DNA from: Phaeosaccion multiseriatum
Taxonomy: Eukaryota > Protista > Ochrophyta, other classes
Direction of reading: 5' to 3'
Length of the DNA: 64,000 bases
Assembly (NCBI GenBank): GCA_965112735.1
Contig: OZ218959.1
Location: 1,426,001-1,490,000, forward strand
The position numbers were made by a program, and so were the translations under genes. Each line of letters opens with the position of its first letter. Position 1 is the first letter of the stretch. The notes beneath the pieces are model-generated. The model saw only the letters and a list, made by a program, of their open reading frames with translations. It searched no databases and was not told the DNA's origin. This document shows, one piece after another, positions 19,905 to 30,600 of this stretch.

Positions 19905-20816
19905 CTGGTTATATCAAGGGGCCTGCAGATAGGTAGACAAATCACTCCTGTGGTCTGTCTGTTCGAATGGCTCGCTCGCTCGGAGCAGAGGCGGTGCGAG
20001 GGTATGGGTAGTCTATGCGCCCGCCCTACCCCGCCCGGCCGCCCCGCCCGGCAAGTTGAGGGAGGAGGGGGAGGGCTAATGAATAATGCTTAACGGACGC
20101 CATGTGTGTGTAATCGTGGTCTGTGTGCTGCTTATCTCGAACGCAATGAGCACAAGTCTAGTCTATGGTAGTGAGGCTGCTGAGCAACGGGAAGGGGGGG
20201 GGGGAGGGAGGAGAGGCGCGAGCCTTCCCCAATTACTCATCCTCCTCCAATTCCTGCGCTCTAGGATCGCACACCGCACTGCAGTCTCGTACATTTGTGG
20301 AGGAGGCCTTTTTCCAGGGAAGTATGACGATTTTCTCGGGTCAATCTCCTCCCTTCTCGCGTCGACGCAAAGCTGGACACCCAGTGTTGACATAAATAGA
20401 GTACTTCGTAGTATAAGTAAATTCTTTTGGAAAGGTCTGCCACTGCCTCGCGAGAATACAAAGACGAAAAAAAAGATATTGTACATTGTACACGGAGGAG
20501 GGCTTGAGCGTTTCAGCTACCTAGTGGCGGGACACGCGCACACACACAGACTTTCAGTTTCATATGGCTGACTCCTGTAAGTCAATAAACCGCATTTCCG
20601 TCAACAGGGGCCGGGTTAGGGAACGTCAAGCACAAAAAATAACTTGGCACCGTAAAGCAGCCATCCGTAAAGCAGATACAGTGAGAGTATGGAGCTTTGG
20701 GAGAGGTGCTCCGTAAAGCAGTCCTGCAGCGAGATTAACAAGGTACTCACAAACACCACACCCACTTCCAAAGCCCACACACACACCACTCTGTTTGAAA
20801 GAGATAGGAGAGGAGA

Positions 20817-21739
20817 ATGTTTTTCGGAAGCAGCGCACAGAAGGAACTGTTGGAGGCGATTAAGGCCAAGATCGCTATCCTCGAGCAAGAGCTCGCCGAA
20901 TCCCGTGTGGAAAGGGCCTCCCTGAAGCAGCAGGTCGAGACGAAGGCGACCAAGGAGGAGCTCGAGACCGGACTGGAGGAGGCTAGGAATGACGCGGCCA
21001 GGCTGGTGCACGCAGCCACAAGAACCTCCGTGGACAGGGAGAGGGAGACGGCGCTGAAGATGGAGAGCATGAATGCCGCTCATGGTGCCTTGAAGGACGA
21101 CGTCCATGTGAAGAACCAGCAACTCTCGGCTCAGCAGAAGGAAGGCCGGGGGGAGGTGCTCGCCCGTATAAAGGGTGTGGAGACCGACCTCGAGGAGACC
21201 AAGAAGACCACGGAGGGAGCAGCAGATGAAATCGCGGAGCTGAAGAAGGAGGCCGCCGCGCAGGGCATGCAGATGCAAGACATGTCACGCAAAGTGCACC
21301 AGGTCAACGAGGCGCTCGTCGGAGTGGCGGCGGGGTCTGCTGCCCTCAGGACTGCTGCCCTCAGGAGGGAGAGGAAGAGGACGGCCGACCCAGACGTCGA
21401 CCTGCTCACCACGGACAGCGACTCTGGCGGCTCCAGCTCCTCCTCCTCTTCCGCCTCCTCCTCCGCAAAGAGGGCAAAGAAGAGCAGTGACAAGAAGAGC
21501 AACGGCAAGAGCAAGGCCACCAGTCGGCCCACCGGCCTCCCCGCCGGTACCTCCCCTTCAAGCACTGCGGCTGGGCGCCAGGACTGGTCTCCTCGCAACG
21601 CCGGCACCGCCACTGGCAGCAGGCCCCTGGCCCTCCCCCTACGGGATGGCAGCGCGTCGTCCTCGGACAGCGACTACTGCACCGCCCCCCCCACCACCGT
21701 CAAGAAGATCAAGGACATGGGGCTTGGGCACCAGGCCAT

Positions 21740-21786
<47 letters not shown>

Positions 21787-22291
21787 GGGTCCGCCAAGGA
21801 GGGGGGGAGACCGCGGCGGCGGTGGTGGCTGCCCAAGGTCAGCGATTGATTGGTGGTGTTGACGCACACCGCTACTTGCACTGGCTCCTTCCTCACCACG
21901 CCAATACTGTTTACAGCGTGTGACACTGCTGGCTCTATGGCAGGCAGAAGCTAACTGAGCCTCTTCTCGACAAACCGCCTCCCTGCCCCGTGTTTTCCCT
22001 TCTTCCCTCTCTTTCTCAGGCCGCGCCCCCCCGCTGGCAGAGCCAAGGCCTTCCACTCCTCCCGGCTCGGAATCTCGCGCGACAACTCCTCCTCCCTCGA
22101 AGACTCCGAAGCTGTGCTCGGTGCCGGACTGCACCAAGCAGAGGCAGTGCAATTACAGGTGCGCCGAGCACAGCCCGCGGTGCAGCAACGACGATTGCAA
22201 CAACGCCATCCGCACCACAAAGCACGGCGGTCTGTGCAGGCCGTGTCTTGTGGAGTTCGAGAACAAGACTGTTGATCTTCTCGAGGAGTAG
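20817..22291 (+). CDS. Array copy 4 (intact) coiled-coil + Zn-finger protein
   Basis: Same two-exon structure as copy 2, with one more Ser in the AGC tract. Confidence 0.8.
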
Positions 22292-23200
22292 CTGGTTATA
22301 TCAAGGGGCCTGCAGATAGGTAGACAAATCACTCCTGTGGTCTGTCTGTTCGAATGGCTCGCTCGCTCGGAGCAGAGGCGGTGCGAGGGTATGGGTAGTC
22401 TATGCGCCCGCCCTACCCCGCCCGGCCGCCCCGCCCGGCAAGTTGAGGGAGGAGGGGGAGGGCTAATGAATAATGCTTAACGGACGCCATGTGTGTGTAA
22501 TCGTGCTCTGTGTGCTGCTTATCTCGAACGCAATGAGCACAAGTCTAGTCTATGGTAGTGAGGCTGCTGAGCAACGGGAAGGGGGGGGGGGAGGGAGGAG
22601 AGGCGCGAGCCTTCCCCAATTACTCATCCTCCTCCAATTCCTGCGCTCTAGGATCGCACACCGCACTGCAGTCTCGTACATTTGTGGAGGAGGCCTTTTT
22701 CCAGGGAAGTATGACTATTTTCTCGGGTCAATCTCCTCCCTTCTCGCGTCGACGCAAAGCTGGACACCCATTGTTGACATAAATAGAGTACTTCGTAGTA
22801 TAAGTAAATTCTTTTGGAAAGGTCTGCCACTGCCTCGCGAGAATACAAAGACGAAAAAAAAGATATTGTACATTGTACACGGAGGAGGGCTTGAGCGTTT
22901 CAGCTACCTAGTGGCGGGACACGCGCACACACACAGACTTTCAGTTTCATATGGCTGACTCCTGTAAGTCAATAAACCGCATTTCCGTCAACAGGGGCCG
23001 GGTTAGGGAACGTCAAGCACAAAAAATAACTTGGCACCGTAAAGCAGCCATCCGTAAAGCAGATACAGTGAGAGTATGGAGCTTTGGGAGAGGTGCTCCG
23101 TAAAGCAGTCCTGCAGCGAGATTACAAGGTACTCACAAACACACACCACTTCCAAAGCCCACACACACACCACTCTGTTTGAAAGAGATAGGAGAGGAGA

Positions 23201-24123
23201 ATGTTTTTCGGAAGCAGCGCACAGAAGGAACTGTTGGAGGCGATTAAGGCCAAGATCGCTATCCTCGAGCAAGAGCTCGCCGAATCCCGTGTGGAAAGGG
23301 CCTCCCTGAAGCAGCAGGTCGAGACGAAGGCGACCAAGGAGGAGCTCGAGACCGGACTGGAGGAGGCTAGGAATGACGCGGCCAGGCTGGTGCACGCAGC
23401 CACAAGAACCTCCGTGGACAGGGAGAGGGAGACGGCGCTGAAGATGGAGAGCATGAATGCCGCTCATGGTGCCTTGAAGGACGACGTCCATGTGAAGAAC
23501 CAGCAACTCTCGGCTCAGCAGAAGGAAGGCCGGGGGGAGGTGCTCGCCCGTATAAAGGGTGTGGAGACCGACCTCGAGGAGACCAAGAAGACCACGGAGG
23601 GAGCAGCAGATGAAATCGCGGAGCTGAAGAAGGAGGCCGCCGCGCAGGGCATGCAGATGCAAGACATGTCACGCAAAGTGCACCAGGTCAACGAGGCGCT
23701 CGTCGGAGTGGCGGCGGGGTCTGCTGCCCTCAGGACTGCTGCCCTCAGGAGGGAGAGGAAGAGGACGGCCGACCCAGACGTCGACCTGCTCACCACGGAC
23801 AGCGACTCTGGCGGCTCCAGCTCCTCCTCCTCTTCCGCCTCCTCCTCCGCAAAGAGGGCAAAGAAGAGCAGTGACAAGAAGAGCAACGGCAAGAGCAAGG
23901 CCACCAGTCGGCCCACCGGCCTCCCCGCCGGTACCTCCCCTTCAAGCACTGCGGCTGGGCGCCAGGACTGGTCTCCTCGCAACGCCGGCACCGCCACTGG
24001 CAGCAGGCCCCTGGCCCTCCCCCTACGGGATGGCAGCGCGTCGTCCTCGGACAGCGACTACTGCACCGCCCCCCCCACCACCGTCAAGAAGATCAAGGAC
24101 ATGGGGCTTGGGCACCAGGCCAT

Positions 24124-24167
<44 letters not shown>

Positions 24168-24672
24168 GGGTCCGCCAAGGAGGGGGGGAGACCGCGGCGG
24201 CGGTGGTGGCTGCCCAAGGTCAGCGATTGATTGGTGGTGTTGACGCACACCGCTACTTGCACTGGCTCCTTCCTCACCACGCCAATACTGTTTACAGCGT
24301 GTGACACTGCTGGCTCTATGGCAGGCAGAAGCTAACTGAGCCTCTTCTCGACAAACCGCCTCCCTGCCCCGTGTTTTCCCTTCTTCCCTCTCTTTCTCAG
24401 GCCGCGCCCCCCCGCTGGCAGAGCCAAGGCCTTCCACTCCTCCCGGCTCGGCATCTCGCGCGACAACTCCTCCTCCCTCGAAGACTCCGAAGCTGTGCTC
24501 GGTGCCGGACTGCACCAAGCAGAGGCAGTGCAATTACAGGTGCGCCGAGCACAGCCCGCGGTGCAGCAACGACGATTGCAACAACGCCATCCGCACCACA
24601 AAGCACGGCGGTCTGTGCAGGCCGTGTCTTGTGGAGTTCGAGAACAAGACTGTTGGTCTTCTCGAGGAGTAG
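23201..24672 (+). CDS. Array copy 5 (intact) coiled-coil + Zn-finger protein
   Basis: Same two-exon structure as copy 2; D-to-G change near the C-terminus (gttggtctt). Confidence 0.8.
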
Positions 24673-25514
24673 CTGGTTATATCAAGGGGCCTGCAGATAG
24701 GTAGACAAATCACTCCTGTGGTCTGTCTGTTCGAATGGCTCGCTCGCTCGAAGCAGAGGCGGTGCGAGGGTATGGGTAATCTATGCGCCCGCCCCACCCC
24801 GCCCCGCCGCCCCGCCCGGCAAGTTGAGGGAGGAGGGGGAGGGCTAATGAATAATGCTTAACGGACGCCATGTGTGTGTAATCGTGGTCTGTGTGCTGCT
24901 TATCTCGAACGCAATGAGCACAAGTCTAGTCTATGGTAGTGAGGCTGCTGAGCAACGGGAAGGGGGGGGGGAGGGAGGAGAGGCGCGAGCCTTCCCCAAT
25001 TACTCATCCTCCTCCAATTCCTGCGCTCTAGGATCGCACACCGCACTGCAGTCTCGTACACTTGTGGTTGTTGTTAGGGGTGAATTTTGAAAAAATCATT
25101 CTCTTCTCGCTTCTCGCAAGGGTATTTAAAGTTAAAGTTTACTTTAAGTACCCTTGCTTTTGCTTTCTTTTTTCGCGTCGACACAGCCCATTGACATATC
25201 CATAAAATTGAAAATTGTACTTTTAGTATCAAGTTTCAATTTGGGGGGAAAGCTCCGTCCCTCGCGCGAATACAAAGACGATTGATATATATATACACGG
25301 AGGAGGGATTGAGCGTGTTAGTTCTCTCTCTCCGGTTGGAAGGCTTCACGCACAGTAGCTTGTTTGATCTTCGCTTGTGCAGCGCCCTTCATTCGGGCAA
25401 AGCCTTCGGTCTGGCGTTGGAGAGGGGAGAATTGTTCGCTCCTCTCCCTCCAACAGCTCCAAGGCCTTTCACCGCTCTACGTGACCGCTCCCCCTTTGAG
25501 GAAGAGAGAGGAAG

Positions 25515-26468
25515 ATGGACTGGTACTACGTGGATGCGGCGAATAGCCAGCAAGGGCCTCTGGACGTGGCGGGCCTAGGGAGGCTTCTGGCTTCCGCCTC
25601 CATCAATGACAACAGCTTCGTCTGGAAGGAAGGACAGGCAGAGTGGCTTCCATTGCAGCAGGTGAGGGGTTTCTGCCAGTTGCTGCCCTTCTACTGCCCT
25701 TCTGCTGCCCTTACATTCTTATCAAGGCATTCTCGTGTCTCACTTGGAGATGCAATGGTTAGCCTTGCCTCCCCGCCCTCTCTTCTCGTCCTCTATCCGA
25801 TCTCTCTGTCCCCCTCTATCTATCTCTCTCTCTATATCTCTCTCTTCTATTTCTCTCTCTAATCTAGCTTTTTCTCTCCCCACCCACTTCTCTCTCCCGT
25901 ATCTCCCAATCCATATCTCTCTTCCTCATTTCTCTCTCTCTATTCGCTGTCTGTCCCCCCCCCCCCAACCGCTGCCACGCTGCGCAGGTGGGTGAGATCT
26001 ACTCCGACGTCAAGGCTGCGGCGGCTCCCCCCCCTCCCGTGCCACCAAAGCGCGTAGCGGGGCCCCCAGGAGTGCCCAGTCTGCCTGTAAAGCCCGGAGG
26101 CAACCTTCCAGGTGGGTAGGTCGAGAGGTCCGAAGGAGGACAAACAAACTCACATACACACACATATATATATTATTATTATTATTATTATTATTATATA
26201 CATATATGATCCTCCCTCTCTCTGTCGTGTCCTGCTGTCCTATATCCTCTGTCATCTCTCGCTCTCCCCACTCGCTCGCTCCTTACGTCCGTGCTGTTCT
26301 CCATCTAGCTTCATCTGGCTATGTATCAGCTGCCTCACGTAACCGTCTGTCTGCCTTTCTACATACCCTCTTCCATATCATCCCCACCCTCCCTTCCTTC
26401 CCGCCCACCCTCTCCCCTGGTCTCTCTCTCCTTCCCTCCCTCTCCCTCTCTCCGTGTGTATGCGTCTT

Positions 26469-26499
<31 letters not shown>

Positions 26500-27596
26500 A
26501 TGCGTCGGTAACAGGCACCACAGGTGTATCAAGCGACCCCATGACCGCACGGCGTATGAGCGGTAGGAAGCTGAGCGCGCTGAGCAAGGGGGCCAACTGG
26601 ATGGAGAAGAAAACGGCCGATGGAGTCCCCTACTACTTCAATGCGTCCACAGGTAGGGAGGGAGGGATGGAGCCAAAAGGAAGGGGGGGAATAGTGTCAA
26701 GAGCTTTTCTTCTGCTGTTGTCAATCACCAGCTGCTCCTGCCCCTGCTGCTACTGCTGTATCACCAACTGTTCCTGATGCTGATGCTCTGCTGCTACGGC
26801 CTTCTGCCTTTCTGTGCTGATTCACCCATCCATCCATCCATCCATCTCCCCCCCTCCTCCCTTGTGGTGTTGACTCCCTTGTGGTGTTGACTGTTGACAT
26901 CCTTTCTTTGGACGCTTCAGAGACGGTGACGTGGGACAAGCCGGACTCGCTCAAGACCGAGTCAGAGCTGCAGCAAAGCAGCGGGGCGTACTGCTGGGTG
27001 AGGACGCAGCAGGGATGGCAGTGGAGGGCAGTGGATGGGAGGGAGAAAATGGGTGGGGGAGTGGGGAGGGAGTGGGGGAGAGAAGAATGCTCTCGTGCAT
27101 TCTGCAGGGACAGGGGAAGGGAGGGAAGGGAGGGAAGGAGGAGTAGGTGGGGGTTTATGACCCGGGGGGTTTGGAAGCGAACTTGGTCCAGCTTTGGATG
27201 CATGATTGATCTTTGCCCATCCGTGTGGAAAGGTTTCTGATGAGTGGGGTTTGCTCCCTCCCTGCCCTTTCGGCTTTCCTCAAGTGCTGTCCTCCTCCTC
27301 CTCATCACCATCATCATCATCATCATCATCCCCCTCCCCCTCCTCCTCATCCCCCTCCTCCTCCTCCTCCTCCTCCTTCTCATCCCCCTCCCCCTCCTCC
27401 TCCTCCTCCTCCTCCTCCTCCTCCTCATCCCCCTCCTCCTCCTCCTCCTGCTGCTGCTGCTGCTGCTATCTCCACCTCCTCCTCCTCTTCCTCCTCCTCC
27501 TCCTCCTCCTCCTCCTCCTCCTCATCCCCCTCCTCCTCCTGCTGCTGCTGCTGCTGCTATCTCCACCACCTCCTCCACCACCTCCTCCTTCTCCTC

Positions 27597-27637
<41 letters not shown>

Positions 27638-30600
27638 ATCTCCACCTCCTCCTCCTCCAAGGTATCCGACGAGAAGCTGGGGTGGGCGCCTGCAAAGCTC
27701 CTGAAGGTGATACATATGGGCAGGCGGGGATGGAAGGAGGAATGACGAAGCGCCTGACGAGACAAAATGAGAGGGAAGGACATGAGGCGAAGCGGTTTTC
27801 TCTCTTCTCTCCCTTCCTCTCCCTCTCCCTCTCCCTCTTTGTCTCTCCCTCTCTCTCCCTTCTGTCTTTTCCTCTCCCTCTCTCTCTTCCATCCCCCCTC
27901 CATCTGTCTCTCCCTCTCCCCCTCTCCCTCTTATATTCCTCGTCTTTCTCTCTGTCCCTCTCTCTCTTACTCCCTCCCCCCCCCCCCCCCTCTCCCTCTC
28001 CTTCTCCCACGTCTTTTAGGACGGAGGCAACAGCGCCTCTGTGCAGGTGGAGCACAGCCGAGAGAAGAAGACGGTGACTCGTAGTGCCAGGGAGCCGCTG
28101 TGGCCGCTCAACCTCTCCAGTCTCAACAGGGCTGCGCAGGTCGATGACTTGGTCATGGTCGATGACATCAATCAGGTGAGGCATATGGGCGTAGGGCAGG
28201 GGTCTGGGAAGGCAGGCATATAGGCAGCCACGGCAAACTGTGGGTTGGTCTCAACCCTCCCCCCCCCCCCCCCTCCCCCCCACACACACGCACACACGCA
28301 CATATTGACCTCCCTCCCCTCCCCTCCCCTCCCCTCCCCTCCCCCCGTGTTCTTCCCTTGTCCTTGCTCCTTGTTCTTCCCTTGTCCTTGCTCCTTGCTC
28401 TTCCCTTGTCCTTGCTCCTTGTTCTTCCCTTGTTCTTGCTCCTTGCTCTTCCCTTGTTCTTGCTCCTTGTTCTTCCCTTGTCCTTGCTCCTTGCTCTTCC
28501 CTTGTCCTTGCTCCTTGCTCTTCCCTTGTCCTTGCTCCTTGCTCTTCCCTTGTTCTTGCTCCTTGCTCTTCCCTTGTTTTTGCTCCTTGCTCTTCCCTTG
28601 TCCTTGCTCCTTGCTCTTCCCTTGTCCTTGCTCCTTGCTCTTCCCTTGTCCTTGCTCCTTGCTCTTCCCTTGTCCTTGCTCCTTGCTCTTCCCTTGTCCT
28701 TGCTCCTTGCTCTTCCCTTGTCCTTGCTCCTTGCTCTTCCCTTGTTCTTGCTCCTTGCTCTTCCCTTGTTCTTGCTCCTTGCTCTTCCCTTTGCCTTGCT
28801 CCTTGCTCTTCCCTTGTCCTTGCTCCTTGCTCTTCCCTTGTCCTTGCTCCTTGCTCTTCCCTTGTCCTTGCTCCTTTCTCTTCCCTTTGCCTTGCTCCTT
28901 GCTCTTCCCTTGTCCTTGCTCCTTGCTCTTCCCTTGTCCTTGCTCCTTGCTCTTCCCTTGTTCTTGCTCCTTTCTCTTCCCTTGTTCTTGCTCCTTGCTC
29001 TTCCCTTGTCCTTGCTCCTTGCTCTTCCCTTGTCCTTGCTCCTTGCTCTTCCCTTGTCCTTGCTCCTTGCTCTTCCCTTGTCCTTGCTCCTTGTTCTTCC
29101 CTTGTTCTTGCTCCTTGCTCTTCCCTTGTCCTTGCTCCTTTCTCTTCCCTTTGCCTTGCTCCTTGCTCTTCCCTTGTCCTTGCTCCTTGCTCTTCCCTTG
29201 TCCTTGCTCCTTGCTCTTCCCTTGTTCTTGCTCCTTTTGCTCTGGCAGGGGCTCATGGTGCACTGTCTGAGAGAGCGCTACAAGAAGGACAAGATTTACA
29301 CTTGGGTGAGTGCCGTGGTGTGTGTGTGCGTGTGTGCGTGTGTGCGTGTCTCTCTCTTTCTATGTATGTTATGTCTGTGTGTGTGTCTCACAACTGGTGT
29401 ACCCCAACCGTGCTATCGTATCACCAATACCAACACCTGTATGACACACAAACACAATCAGGTGGGGGCCAGCCACAGCGTGCTCGTGTCCATCAACCCC
29501 TTCAAGCAGCTGCCCATCTACACGGCCTCCAAGATCGAGGAGTACGCACACCCCTCCGCTTATCGCCCGCCTCCACCTCACACCTTCGCCATTGCCAACA
29601 GCGCCTATGTCAAAATGAGCCTCGAGAATCAGAGTCAGGTGGGTGGGTGGGTGGGTGGGTGGGTGGGTGGGTAGAGCTTATGAGCCAGCTGCTACCACGG
29701 TTTCACTTTGGTTCGGGTGCGCACTGCCATACACAAGGCACACGCGAAAACACACGTGCGGGATGGGCTCAAAAACAAACGCCCAATTGACTTGCTGACG
29801 TACTACTGCTGACGTACTGCTGCTGACGTACTGCTGATAACACCCCTCAGGCCATCCTTATTTCCGGCGAATCTGGGGCGGGCAAGACAGAGGCAACTAA
29901 GCAGTGCTTCAATTTTCTGGTGCGTAGGGTGGAGTCACGAAGGACAGGGGTGGGGAGTGCCAGGACAGAAGGGTGGGGAGTGTCAGGACAGAGGGGTGAG
30001 GAGTGTCAGGACAGGGGTGGGGAGTGTCAGGACAGAGGGGTGAGGGGTGTCAGGACAGAGGGGGTAAAGGGGTGTCGGGACAGAGGGGTGGGGAGTGTCA
30101 GGCCAGAGGGGTGAGGGGTGTCAGGACAGAGGGGTGGGGAGCGTCAGGACAGGGGTGGGGAGTGTCAGGACAGAGGGGTGAGGGGTGTCAGGACAGAGGG
30201 GTGGGGAGTGTCAGGACAGAGGGGTGAGGGGTGTCAGGACAGAGGGGTGAGGGGTGTCAGGACAGAGGGGTGGGGAGTGTCAGGACAGAGGGGTGGGGAG
30301 TGTCAGGACAGATGGGGTAAAGGGGTGTCAGGACAGAGGGGTGAAGGGTGTCAGGACAGAGGGGTGGGGAGTGTCAGGACAGAGGGGTGAGGGGTGTCAG
30401 GACAGAGGGGGTAAAGGGGTGTCGGGACAGAGGGGTGGGGAGTGTCAGGACAGAGGGGTGAGGGGTGTCAGGACAGAGGGGGTAAGGAGTGTCAGCACAG
30501 AGGAGTGAGGAGTGTCAGGATAGAGGCAACTAAGCAGTGCTTCAACTTTGTGGTATGTTTTGTGCCTTCCTTATCGTTTTGTTTGAGCAAACTCATCACT

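Larger units (their letters stand above)
13429..25060 (+). repeat. Tandem array of five ~2.38-kb gene-bearing units (starts 13429, 15825, 18210, 20565, 22952)
   Basis: Anchor tggctgactcctgtaagtcaataaac recurs with periods 2396, 2385, 2355 and 2387 bp; units nearly identical. Diverged similarity to the spacer continues to ~25320. Confidence 0.97.

Noticed and set aside
13429-25320. Tandem array as an LTR/TRIM retroelement array (PBS-like TGGCACCGTAAAGCAG at ~15905, polypurine tract at ~15312)
   Set aside because: The putative LTR is not present in full at both array ends, there are no TG..CA boundaries or TSD, no RT/integrase, and the gene keeps an intron; simple tandem duplication fits better. 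Helitron ends were not convincingly seen either.
28168-29674. Four 340-440 aa repeat ORFs, and a possible CRISPR-like array
   Set aside because: A stop-free 24-bp minisatellite inside a myosin intron; no unique spacers and no cas genes.
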